The notes under the pieces were generated by a model. That model saw only the letters and a list, made by a program, of their open reading frames with translations, did not search any database and was not told where the DNA came from. A DNA stretch of 23,156 bases, taken from NCBI GenBank assembly GCA_002794465.1, contig MTSL01000213.1:90257-113412 (forward strand), given 5' to 3'. Made by a program: the position numbers and the translations under genes. This stretch comes from Paramicrosporidium saccamoebae KSL3. Lineage: Eukaryota; Fungi; Cryptomycota. Numbering within the stretch: position 1 is the stretch's first letter; each line of letters begins with the position of its first letter. Of the stretch, positions 9,964 through 18,692 are shown piece after piece.

Positions 9964-10107
9964 TAAAGAGCCTGTTGATGGGTGAAGCTCACTTTTATTA
10001 AAGTATGCGGCTTCTTTATAGGTAGCCATTCTTAATATAACCGAACTGGCCTGCGGGGCCACTATCTGGGTCAGACCCACCACTAATAAGTGGATGCTGT
10101 TTGACAG
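9964..10107 (-). repeat. Dispersed repeat module A, copy 3
   Basis: Matches 4046-4156 (direct), 836-945 and 4351-4403 (inverted). Confidence 0.9.
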
Positions 10108-10294
10108 AGCCTATTTTAATAGAGTATAGCATATCCTATAATATCATGTCACAGATTAAGGCTCTAACAAAGAGTCGGCTGCAATCACAAACCTCACAAA
10201 TGAAATCTCTCTTAAGAGGCCCTCATTATCCCTTTTAATCCAATCCCATAGAATTCGGTAATGGCTAGGCTAGAAAAGGAAAGAACCCAGACCA

Positions 10295-10605
10295 GGGTCT
10301 TCACTAAACAGCTCAAGCGGGGACGAACAAGCCGAGTCGTTCTATGGGCAGGCGACTCGGTCAGGTTGGCCGCTAGAGGAAAGTCTGGCGTAAAATCGTT
10401 GCATCATCTCTTTGACACTTTATCCCCATGGTGTTGCAACGACCTGCCGCCAAGGACATAATTATTTAAAACAAAACTAAAATCCAGTTGGTAGCGCAAC
10501 GTTGTGCTGCATAGTGCAATACAATACTACAAGCCGAGAGAGTAGCCGGTCATTAGGCTCCTTGGACCGAGAGATTCTAGCAGACGTCGGCTTTTAGTAA
10601 GAGTC
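10295..10605 (+). ncRNA. Probable RNase P or RNase MRP RNA
   Basis: P1 10298-10308/10593-10602; P3 with internal loop (AGCGG/CCGCT and CCGAGTCG/CGACTCGG); CR-I GAGGAAAGTCTGGCG 10376-10390; CR-IV AGTGCAAT 10513-10520; P19-like CGGTC/GACCG; CR-V-like CAGACGTCGGCTT pairing with CR-I with the bulged U of P4; TTTT run at 10611-10614. Confidence 0.75.
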
Positions 10606-10617
10606 TCGACTTTTAGT

Positions 10618-10778
10618 CTCAAATAGAATTTACCTACAACTTCTGCCTCGAATAGAATTTACCTACAACTTCTGCCTCGAATAGAATTTACCTACAACTT
10701 CTGCCTCAAATAGGATTTACCTACAACTTCTGCCTCAAATAGGATTTACCTACAACTTCTGCCTCAAATAGAATTTAC
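10618..10778. repeat. 29-bp tandem repeat, about 5.5 copies (AATAGRATTTACCTACAACTTCTGCCTCR)
   Basis: Units start at 10622, 10651, 10680, 10709 and 10738, partial unit at 10767; no spacers. Confidence 0.98.
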
Positions 10779-11854
10779 TTATAGGTCGTCAATATGGCTT
10801 GAGTGTGAGATGGCAGGATGGATGCATGAGATACGTCCATCCCTTCAAAAATCTGGTGGCATCCGAAACAAAAAGGCCTGCCCTCGTTGGGAGGCAATGG
10901 TGCCATGCAGAGTGCACAAGGTTTCAGGTCCTCCAGCCGAGATATGCAGGTCTCAATTTTGGCAGTGGTACGAACCACAGTGCTGACGGTAGCCGAATTT
11001 TCCAAATCAAGCCCGGTTATAAAATTGTCTGTAAGGCCGTAGATAGAGTCAGCCTTTGTCATGGTTGACTGCCGAGGCATAGGACATTGATTCTTGATGG
11101 AATCAAGGTAAAAGTTTACTTCCAGATTGACCAAATCCCGCAGTGGGCGAATAACTGAAACATCTGAATATGCTTGAGCAAGAGAATACTTCCATGGAAG
11201 GGACACCCCTCTTCCAGTGCAAGTATCTGCCATGATATCGACTGCTAGTCGACTGCAATTTTCGCCAACATATACCTTGCCAATGCCGCGTTGTTGGGCA
11301 ATCCGGACTAGTGCAACTCGAGTCAAAATGCGCACCAAATCGACACGCAGAGTATCACTTTCACAGGCATCCAAGAGCTGCTGCAGTCTCTCAGGCTCAC
11401 CATTATACAGACAATCGGCGAGAGTGTAGCTTTCAATAGCGACACCATAGCTATCAAAGACATTCTTGACAAACTCTGGTTTTTCTGCGGAATCGCCTCC
11501 TCTGGTTATGTGTACAAAATAGTAAGTGTCTAAATTTTTCCTGTTGGGGTCCTGGATACGGGCTTGTTGAGTAAGATGCAGCAATAAACTAAATCGTCTA
11601 GTGAAGCACAATTGACAATACTGACTGGATAATCCGCCTGAATAACCCACAAGGATACTCCCAGGACCCGAAGGATTCCTGGTCTGGTTCCTGTACTTGT
11701 GATACACTTGGTCCTGGAAGCATGCTCTATCGTTGAGTAATTTTGGATAACAATAGTACTCGCAATATACCGCATAACGAACATTTATCGTAAACGGTTT
11801 GGATTTGCATTTGATACACTGACCTGCTATAATAGGATTACCAGCAGAATCCAT
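10775..11854 (-). CDS. CTU2: Cytoplasmic tRNA 2-thiolation protein 2 (Ctu2/Ncs2); probable introns 11727-11759 and 11589-11621
   Basis: N-terminal CxxC...CxxC after splicing, degenerate PP-loop GYSGGLSS, GENCSRLA.DIM..TCTGRG, IRPLRDL...EV..Y, STVVRT..K, C-terminal CxxC pairs. Confidence 0.9.
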   Translation of the reverse strand: MDSAGNPIIAGQCIKCKSKPFTINVRYAVYCEYYCYPKLLNDRACFQDQVYHKYRNQTRNPSGPGSILVGYSGGLSSQYCQLCFTRRFSLLLHLTQQARIQDPNRKNLDTYYFVHITRGGDSAEKPEFVKNVFDSYGVAIESYTLADCLYNGEPERLQQLLDACESDTLRVDLVRILTRVALVRIAQQRGIGKVYVGENCSRLAVDIMADTCTGRGVSLPWKYSLAQAYSDVSVIRPLRDLVNLEVNFYLDSIKNQCPMPRQSTMTKADSIYGLTDNFITGLDLENSATVSTVVRTTAKIETCISRLEDLKPCALCMAPLPPNEGRPFCFGCHQIFEGMDVSHASILPSHTQAILTTYK

Positions 11855-12028
11855 GTCGAATGTAGCCAGCCTGGGTCAGACAGGGCGCCATCATCAAAAA
11901 TATGCAACTGTGAAAACATGATGAATCAAACCCCTCGACTACTACTACTACAAGTATAATCCTCACAGCAATCACGAATTACTCGACGATAGTTATATAG
12001 ATAATTTATACGAAGAGGATTTTAGGAT

Positions 12029-12858
12029 TTAATGAGAGACAGAGCGACGCTTGGCAACACGCTTTCCCTTAAGCTCCTGCTTGCGAGCAGACAGCAGCTC
12101 GGCATACTCGGCGGCAGCTTGCTTGGAGGCCTCCAGCTTGGCAATCTTGTGGGCCATGCGGGCACGCTTGCGTTGCAAGACAACGGGCGTAACGAGGCGC
12201 TGGATCTTGGGGGCCTTGCTCTTGGGCTTCTGTCCTTCCTTCTTGGAGGGCACCTCACGACGGATGACATACTTGCGAACATCGTCCTCCTTGCTCAAGT
12301 TGAAGAGCTTGCGGATCTTGCTGGCACGCTTAGGTCCCAAGCGACGGGGAACGGTGGTGTCAGTGAGACCGGGAAGAGGAGTCTCGCCAGTCTTGGTAAT
12401 GACGAGGGCGAGGGCAGAAAGGTCGGGTCCAACAATGCATCCGCGGACAGACTTGCGCTTGCGCTCACCATCACGGCGTTCACGGAAGCACTTGTGTCCC
12501 TTTCCAAGGAGGAGGCGAACACGCTGGTTCGACAAAACACCCTGCATCATGGGGAAACCCTGCTTGTCATTTCCTCCAGTAATCTTAAGGACGTAGCCCT
12601 TCCACTCGTCACCGAGAAGGTCGGCCTCAACTTCCTGAGAAATGCGCTTGTCGTAGAAGATGCGCCTACAAGGTCAATATATGCCATAGCAGTGGAATTA
12701 CAGCTTGCGCTCATCAACGACTTCAATGAGCTTCTGGCAGCCGGTGGCTGGGTTAGCAATGTTGAGCTAAACACGAAATTAGTACCCGCAAAGACAGGAT
12801 GGGATGGATGGACTGAAAGCCCTTTGGAAGAAAGATGGACCCGAATACTTACCTTCAT
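12029..12858 (-). CDS. RPS6: 40S ribosomal protein S6 (eS6); exons 12858-12853, 12766-12702, 12665-12029
   Basis: Spliced [18 protein letters not shown]...[12 protein letters not shown]...[15 protein letters not shown]...[16 protein letters not shown]; introns of 86 and 36 nt. Confidence 0.99.
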
Positions 12859-12925
12859 TGGTACACGAAGAGGGAGCCCCTGTACAACTGGCTAATCAGA
12901 ACACCCCGGTACCGTCGTCTCTACA

Positions 12926-13648
12926 ATGATTGAAGATTTGCCTGAATCGTTGCTGGGAACCAAGGAACACTGGGATCATGTGTATGCTCAGGAGCTATCT
13001 AATTTCCACGAGTGCGGAGACGAAGGAGAGGTTTGGTAATTTTTCTTTATCGTGTTAACAGCAAGGTTTGGGCAGCAGTGTGAGAGGCGGCTCGTTGAAT
13101 GGATTTCAAGCAAAGTAGATAGCAGCAAGCCGCTTTTGGAATTTGGCTCAGGCAATGGTCACTTACTTGTTGCATTAGCCAAGGCGGGCTATACCCGTCT
13201 GATGGGTGTTGACTATTCGGATAGTGCAGTCACGTTAGGGGCTGAATACGCGGCGTCGTCTGGATTCAGGCACATTAAATTTGAAACGGCAGATTTGTTG
13301 AACAAGGATAGTATCAATCTGGATCCTGCATTTCTCATACTGGATAAAGGAACCTTTGATGCTATATCCTTGGGCCCCGAGCCCGACATGGACGCGCCAA
13401 AAACGGCACCCGGAGCAAGGATCTCATTACTTGCGTCTCGATATAAAGATGCGTTGCATCAATGTTTATCTACTGAACCATCCTCAATGTTCATCATTAC
13501 GTCATGCAACTGGACCCGAGATGAGCTGGTTCAACTTTTCAAGCCAGATTTTACAGCGATAGATGAGATTATGCATCCGACATTCTCCTTTGGAGGCCAG
13601 ACGGGTCAGACAGTGACCACCATCGTTTTTAATAGAAAAGCCATTTGA
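12926..13648 (+). CDS. EFM4: Protein-lysine N-methyltransferase Efm4/METTL10 (eEF1A); exons 12926-13035, 13066-13648
   Basis: [18 protein letters not shown]...GDEGEVW-FG, SAM motif [37 protein letters not shown]; 30-nt intron. Confidence 0.93.
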
Positions 13649-13678
13649 ATAAATCTTTAATTTGAAACATTCCGATTG

Positions 13679-14347
13679 ATGCTGTCAATTGAGACAGAGC
13701 CTTATGAGGAAGTCTCTCCAGGCACATCATCGATTGCTTCTGAGATTGGCAAGGCGCATGAACAGCCAAAATCGACTTTGGTTGATTCCATTGCTGAAGA
13801 GGACATTGCCATTGAAGAGTCGCTGAATAAGCGTCCAGCAGTGATAATGAAGAGGCGTCCAAGCACGCCAGCTTTAATTAAGCCCTTCTTAGCGTTGGTT
13901 CGCAACACTGGTGTAATGTCTACTGTCTATAACATAAGTGGGCGAGGAAACTTGGCACACTTGAAAATAGTAACACGAGACGTTAATGGATACCGTTACC
14001 ATCCAAGTACGATACGGGACCTGATGGAATACCAACAAAGATGCACAAGCAACACCAAGATGCCCCCCGAATTAGTAATTCGTCTCGTTGCTCGACTTCT
14101 CCAAGATTGGTAGTTGTCCTTGGTCTCCATGGCCTTATCTATTAGTCGCTCAGAAGATGCTGTTACAGATATTTGGCAGATTCTGCACAATAACTGGATA
14201 CGACCTCCAATGATTTCAAGGCAAGCTATCGCACATGTTATTTCATTCATCGGCCAAAGGGTAGATTATGGTCCGCCTATTCCAAACGTACTATTTACTG
14301 CTTTGCCCTCATGTATTAGCACCATGCCTACGTTTGGGAGCTTGTGA
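13679..14347 (+). CDS. Hypothetical protein with a weak histone H3-like segment; probable intron 14110-14145
   Basis: Two same-frame ORFs separated by one TAG that falls within a 36-nt GT...AG intron candidate. Function unknown. Confidence 0.6.
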
Positions 14348-14409
14348 ATCCCAACTTGATCGGTAGTGAACTTGCGCCTTTTGTGATTGAAGATCAAGCT
14401 ACTAGAAAA

Positions 14410-15755
14410 ATGGTAGAGATTGCAAGTTTCACTGAATGTGTAGTGTTTCAAACGTCTTCAAGCAGCATGTCCTTCCACAGATGACAAGATTGTCGATGAA
14501 ATTGCTGCAGTTAAATTAGAGAGCGAGCAGACAGAAGGTGATATGATGGCCGTTAAGCCAGAAGAAGAGCAAGCAGAGAAACATGTATCTAGAAAATCGG
14601 CAGCCGGAACTCCAATGTCAAAATCAAATTCCAAGATTTCTTCATTTTTTTCAGTGGTCAAAAAGACTGTGGCCACAGAGTCCAGCACCGTAACGACCAA
14701 CTATTTTCAACCATTCTGTGCTAAGCCAAATCAAAAGGTCTCGGCTTACAATCCGCTCTCCGGAATGTGTGAACCAGATCATGCAGTAGACTGGAGTCAC
14801 AAGGCCCGTGTTCCAGGGACCACAAAAAAGAAGCAATGCCTCTGTGTTGGTCTCGATGCAAAGCCGACCCTCCGGGTTATGAAATTACTTCAGTTCCATA
14901 CAAACTACCGCCCCGCATATTTCGGCACGTGGAGATTGGAGAATCCAGTGATAAAGCCACGTAGACCCTTTGTCCAGGCTACTGATTTGGAATATGAATA
15001 TGACTCGGATGATGATTGGGGCGAAGACGCAGAGATTCCTGACGCCGAAAGCATATCTGGTACTGATGAAGGTGAAATTGACGAATTGAACGAAATGTCT
15101 GACGAAGAGGATATTGAATCTAATGTTAGCCGACTTTACTGATTAATGGTTTTTAGAATTGGCTTGTTCCCGATGGATACATTTCAGATGACGAGGGACT
15201 GGGTGAACGAGAACCTACAGATAAAAAGAAGATTGAATTAGTGGATGATGTCGTGGCACCACGGCCAAAAAAGAGAAAATATGTAGAGAAGCAGCCCATC
15301 ATTATCGGCCCCTTCTTATGCAACGACCTCAATCCGAGCGGTATGTCTCTGAGGCTGACTTATTTTTAGATCCTTGCAACCCTTTTGGAAGCATTAAACT
15401 CGAATGGCTAGTTCCTGTTGAAAATCATCGCATTGATCCGTTCGATGCTTTGTTGAATCCAGCTGGCCCGGAGGCTTCAGATCTAAATGATAGACCCGTG
15501 AGGATTTTATTTACAGATGAAATGCTTCCGGATCTTGCAATGGTATTACAAGCCCCAGAAACTTGAACTGTTCTTTAGATAGCAACTGGATCTCCACTGA
15601 GTATTGCGTCCTTGTTTGATCTATTCATTGCTGCTCGTGGTCGCGTCGCGAAGCGTCAATTTGAGTTAAAGTTAAATCAGATTGCTACCAAAATGAAGGT
15701 TGATGGCAAAGCAATGTGGAATATAAGGCCAGAGTATGCGTACCTTTTGAAATAA
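14410..15755 (+). CDS. RLF2: Chromatin assembly factor 1 large subunit (Cac1/Rlf2/CHAF1A); introns 14413-14443 (tentative; alternative start 14543), 15125-15156, 15341-15369, 15543-15578
   Basis: KLLQFHTNYRPAYFGTW, LEYEYDSDDDW, acidic tract, spliced WLVPDGYISDDEG, C-terminal winged-helix-like exon ending KAMWNIRPEYAYLLK*. Confidence 0.9.
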
Positions 15756-15796
15756 ATTGAGGTTCTGAGTGGGTGGGGGGAGTTTTCGAGTAGAGG

Positions 15797-15892
15797 TCTC
15801 AGTCTCAGTCTCAATCTCAATCTCAGTCTCAGTCTCAATCTCAATCTCAGTTTCAGTCTCAGTCTCAATCTCAGTCTCCATCTCAGTCTCAG
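15797..15892. repeat. Hexamer microsatellite (TCTCAR)x16
   Basis: TCTCAG/TCTCAA units with two variant units (TTTCAG, TCTCCA), about 40 bp after the CAF-1 stop. Confidence 0.95.
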
Positions 15893-16108
15893 ACTTGACC
15901 TCAACACTCGTTTCAATACTTGTGTTAGATAGTATCTGCTTATGACTGGCAGTCCCAACGCAGATGGCTATCCCACAATCCAGTATGTTGATCTATAAAG
16001 GCACTACAATAAAACCAACTCGCTCTTCAAAGACTTAACATCAGAGATACTCTCCTCTCACACTTATCAACGCTAAGATAAAATCCCAATTATCTTAGTG
16101 TTGAGTTA

Positions 16109-17443
16109 ATGGAAGGGACTCCTTCTAAGGCTGCTCCTGGCTATGTAGAATTCAAGCTACGCTCAACTTCTTCTACCAACTTTGTTCATAATGTTATGAC
16201 ACTTAGTGGACCACCGGTGGATATGGCCGATTTCACGACACCGGTACGTCTGGTTCGCGACCCGAATACACGCGATGATGGAGACGGAATGGGACCTGGG
16301 AGCGAAGGAGATGACAGATTTATTGGAAAGAAGAAGCGAAAGACTAGAATCATTCAGCCCGAAGACGAAGATGAGCAGTCCCTGCGTAGCCAGGAACGTG
16401 CCCCATGGCTTTTGGAAGATTTTGACGGGCAACATTCCTACGTCAGCCAGCTAATGTCCCCTGATGCCAAGTATGTAATTTTTGTGAACCAAGGAAACGA
16501 GTTTCGCGTACTTTTAGCAAGCAAATGGTATCGATTTGCTCCTAAACTTGCTTATCGGCCCTTATCGTTGGAGGAGGCAGAAGAGCGAATGGCCGGGAAG
16601 GGACGCAACGAAGACTTTGACCGATGGTTAATGAAAAAGAGACCTCCTGGGTCCAGCCAGCAAGCATCGGGAGAGGCATCAGGAGTAGCATCAGTAGTTG
16701 CATCCAAGGGCCCCAAAGTAGCTACGAGAATGGTGAATCTAGGAGAGGAAGGATTTGACTTTGAAGAATTTGTGGACGATGATGATGGTGAGGATTTGTA
16801 CCACCGAGGTGCTGACGAGGACGATCCCTCCATGCCAAGAATCGACAGATCAAGGCAAGCTAAAAACCTTACAGACGCTGGAAAGCAGGTGAAGAGATTG
16901 TTCAAAAACTTGGATCGGCCAAACTATTTTTATGAATCGGACGACGAGGCAGCAGATCCCTATGCCGAAGAAACGGAGCCTTCGGATGAAGAACCTCCCC
17001 CACCTGCAAAAAGACCAGAGCCAGCCATTGCGATTCAGCAACCGAAGAGCTCCTCCCTCAGAGCTCCAGCACCTGTCTTGTCTGCGTCTCAAAGCCATGC
17101 GAGCACACCTCCAGGCAGTCAAAGTGCAAGTCTGAGCGTCTCGCGACTCCCAGACAGCCAAAATGCAAGTCCGGGTGGCTCGCGACCTCCAGGCAGTCAA
17201 GACCCAAGTCAATCCAACTCGCAAAGGTCGCCAGGCCTACTGACAGAAGCGGAAATTGTGGCAATACTTCGTGAATCGCCTATGCGAACTAAAGAGCTGA
17301 TCAGCAGGGTGAAGGGAAAGCTGCGCGAAGATCCCCAAAATAAGGAAATCTTCAAGGAGGTCGTAAAGAAAGTGGCAACTGTTAGATCCACGACTTCTCA
17401 AGATGACGACAAGCTACTCGAGCTAAAACCAGAGTATCGGTAG
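16109..17443 (+). CDS. TFG1: Transcription initiation factor IIF alpha subunit (Tfg1/RAP74)
   Basis: PWLLEDFDG, YVIFV..GNEFRV....KWYRF...AYRPLSLEEAEERM, acidic and S/P-rich linker, C-terminal winged helix LTEAEIVAILRESPMRTKELI. Confidence 0.93.
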   Translation: MEGTPSKAAPGYVEFKLRSTSSTNFVHNVMTLSGPPVDMADFTTPVRLVRDPNTRDDGDGMGPGSEGDDRFIGKKKRKTRIIQPEDEDEQSLRSQERAPWLLEDFDGQHSYVSQLMSPDAKYVIFVNQGNEFRVLLASKWYRFAPKLAYRPLSLEEAEERMAGKGRNEDFDRWLMKKRPPGSSQQASGEASGVASVVASKGPKVATRMVNLGEEGFDFEEFVDDDDGEDLYHRGADEDDPSMPRIDRSRQAKNLTDAGKQVKRLFKNLDRPNYFYESDDEAADPYAEETEPSDEEPPPPAKRPEPAIAIQQPKSSSLRAPAPVLSASQSHASTPPGSQSASLSVSRLPDSQNASPGGSRPPGSQDPSQSNSQRSPGLLTEAEIVAILRESPMRTKELISRVKGKLREDPQNKEIFKEVVKKVATVRSTTSQDDDKLLELKPEYR

Positions 17444-17464
17444 AAAAGGAATGTATTGATAAAC

Positions 17465-18598
17465 TTATAATACAGTAGGAGTGATAGTCTTACTAACTGA
17501 GCGAGTGATAGGCTTCACCTTGTTATCAACAAGATTCTCAGAATTGCCAGGATCGGCAGATTTGGCCTTTTCAGTTGTGGACTTTCGAACAACTTTAAAG
17601 ATTTGATCAATCCTCCCGTCCTTCTTGGGAGTGACGGGAACTACAATTGGCTTCTTTGGAGCTGCTTTCGACATTTCCGCCAAGATATTGACCCAAGAGT
17701 CGCACTCTCCAACCAGTTCAAAATTAAAAATAGTCTTCCATTCACTCCTGGGGGCTGGAGTTTTGTTGATAAAAAGCACCAATCCATTGGGCTCTTGGCG
17801 AACACTCCGAGCCAAGTCTTTGATCATCTTTTTCAGACCAACAACTTTCAATGAAGTTCCCATGACAACTAGCACTGTGGGGCGTTTCGAAATGTCAAAT
17901 CCAACGTACTCTGCTATCACATCACCCTGGGGATGAGGTTCATTGTAGAGAACAATGTCCGGTCGAAGAATTCCGCCCTTGATTGCACGGCGTCCTAATG
18001 CCTGCCGCTCTTTGGAAAACGATTCACAACTAGGGCAGGATGGCGAATCCCCCTCTGAAAATGAAGTCTCGTGAGAACTGGTAAACTCTGTGGTAGCCTT
18101 GCAGGCTGAACAGATGAGACGATCTAGAGTGCCGTGAAGGGAAACTACAGGAACCTTTTTGGTAGAATGCAAATCCACACAACAAGTAGTCTGCAATCCC
18201 ATCGCCTTTTCTAATCCGTCAATATTTTGAGAGTACCAACGAGTCACTCTTCCTTCCTTGACAAGATTTGCAATAAAGGAATGGGTCGGAGTAGGGTTCC
18301 CCGACGAACATAGCCTGCGCAATTCGGCTACAAATCGATTGAATAGTGGCCGAGTGGCTGGGTTGTGAAAAAAGGATGCATCAAAAAAGTCTTTGCCCTT
18401 TGCAGTTTTGCTATCAGAGCCGGATAGAATGCGCGCGTACAGACCGTCTGCAGAACGAAAGTCTGGGATGCCAGCTGAAACGGAAATTCCTGCGCCGGTC
18501 ACAACCACAATTCTGCGTTGATTGTGAATAGCAAAGGCCACCTTTTCCAGCAACCCTTTGTTTTCGTCCACCTGGTCAAGGCTCAATGACACAACCAT
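17465..18598 (-). CDS. NAD-dependent sirtuin deacetylase, Hst3/Hst4 type
   Basis: TGAGISVSAGIPDFRS, YSQNIDGLE, LHGTL with CxxC...CxxC, LRPDIVLYNEPHP, VMGTSLKVVGLKKMIK (Hst3/4-like). First ATG at 18598. Confidence 0.92.
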   Translation of the reverse strand: MVVSLSLDQVDENKGLLEKVAFAIHNQRRIVVVTGAGISVSAGIPDFRSADGLYARILSGSDSKTAKGKDFFDASFFHNPATRPLFNRFVAELRRLCSSGNPTPTHSFIANLVKEGRVTRWYSQNIDGLEKAMGLQTTCCVDLHSTKKVPVVSLHGTLDRLICSACKATTEFTSSHETSFSEGDSPSCPSCESFSKERQALGRRAIKGGILRPDIVLYNEPHPQGDVIAEYVGFDISKRPTVLVVMGTSLKVVGLKKMIKDLARSVRQEPNGLVLFINKTPAPRSEWKTIFNFELVGECDSWVNILAEMSKAAPKKPIVVPVTPKKDGRIDQIFKVVRKSTTEKAKSADPGNSENLVDNKVKPITRSVSKTITPTVL

Positions 18599-18692
18599 AC
18601 CGATTGCTGGCCAGCTATGATAGCCCTTGTTTCCCACAAATGTAAAATCCGCCCCACGGACTGCGCAATTTGCAATTTTATTTCACTTGAAG

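Noticed and set aside
10261-10461. 66-aa ORF
   Set aside because: Overlaps the structured RNase P/MRP candidate, which explains the sequence better.
10618-10778. CRISPR-like array (29-bp repeats, faint resemblance to Cas12a repeats)
   Set aside because: Units are contiguous with no spacers, there are no cas genes, and the context is eukaryotic.
11870-11880. CTGGGTCAGAC match to module A upstream of CTU2
   Set aside because: Only about 11 bp with no flanking similarity.
12032-12895. 287-aa antisense ORF over RPS6
   Set aside because: Shadow frame expected from the strong codon bias of a ribosomal protein gene (few TTA/CTA/TCA codons); no recognisable product.
15672-15958. LR-repeat and ET-repeat ORFs on the minus strand
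   Set aside because: Products of the hexamer microsatellite; no convincing start, and they overlap the CAF-1 last exon antisense.
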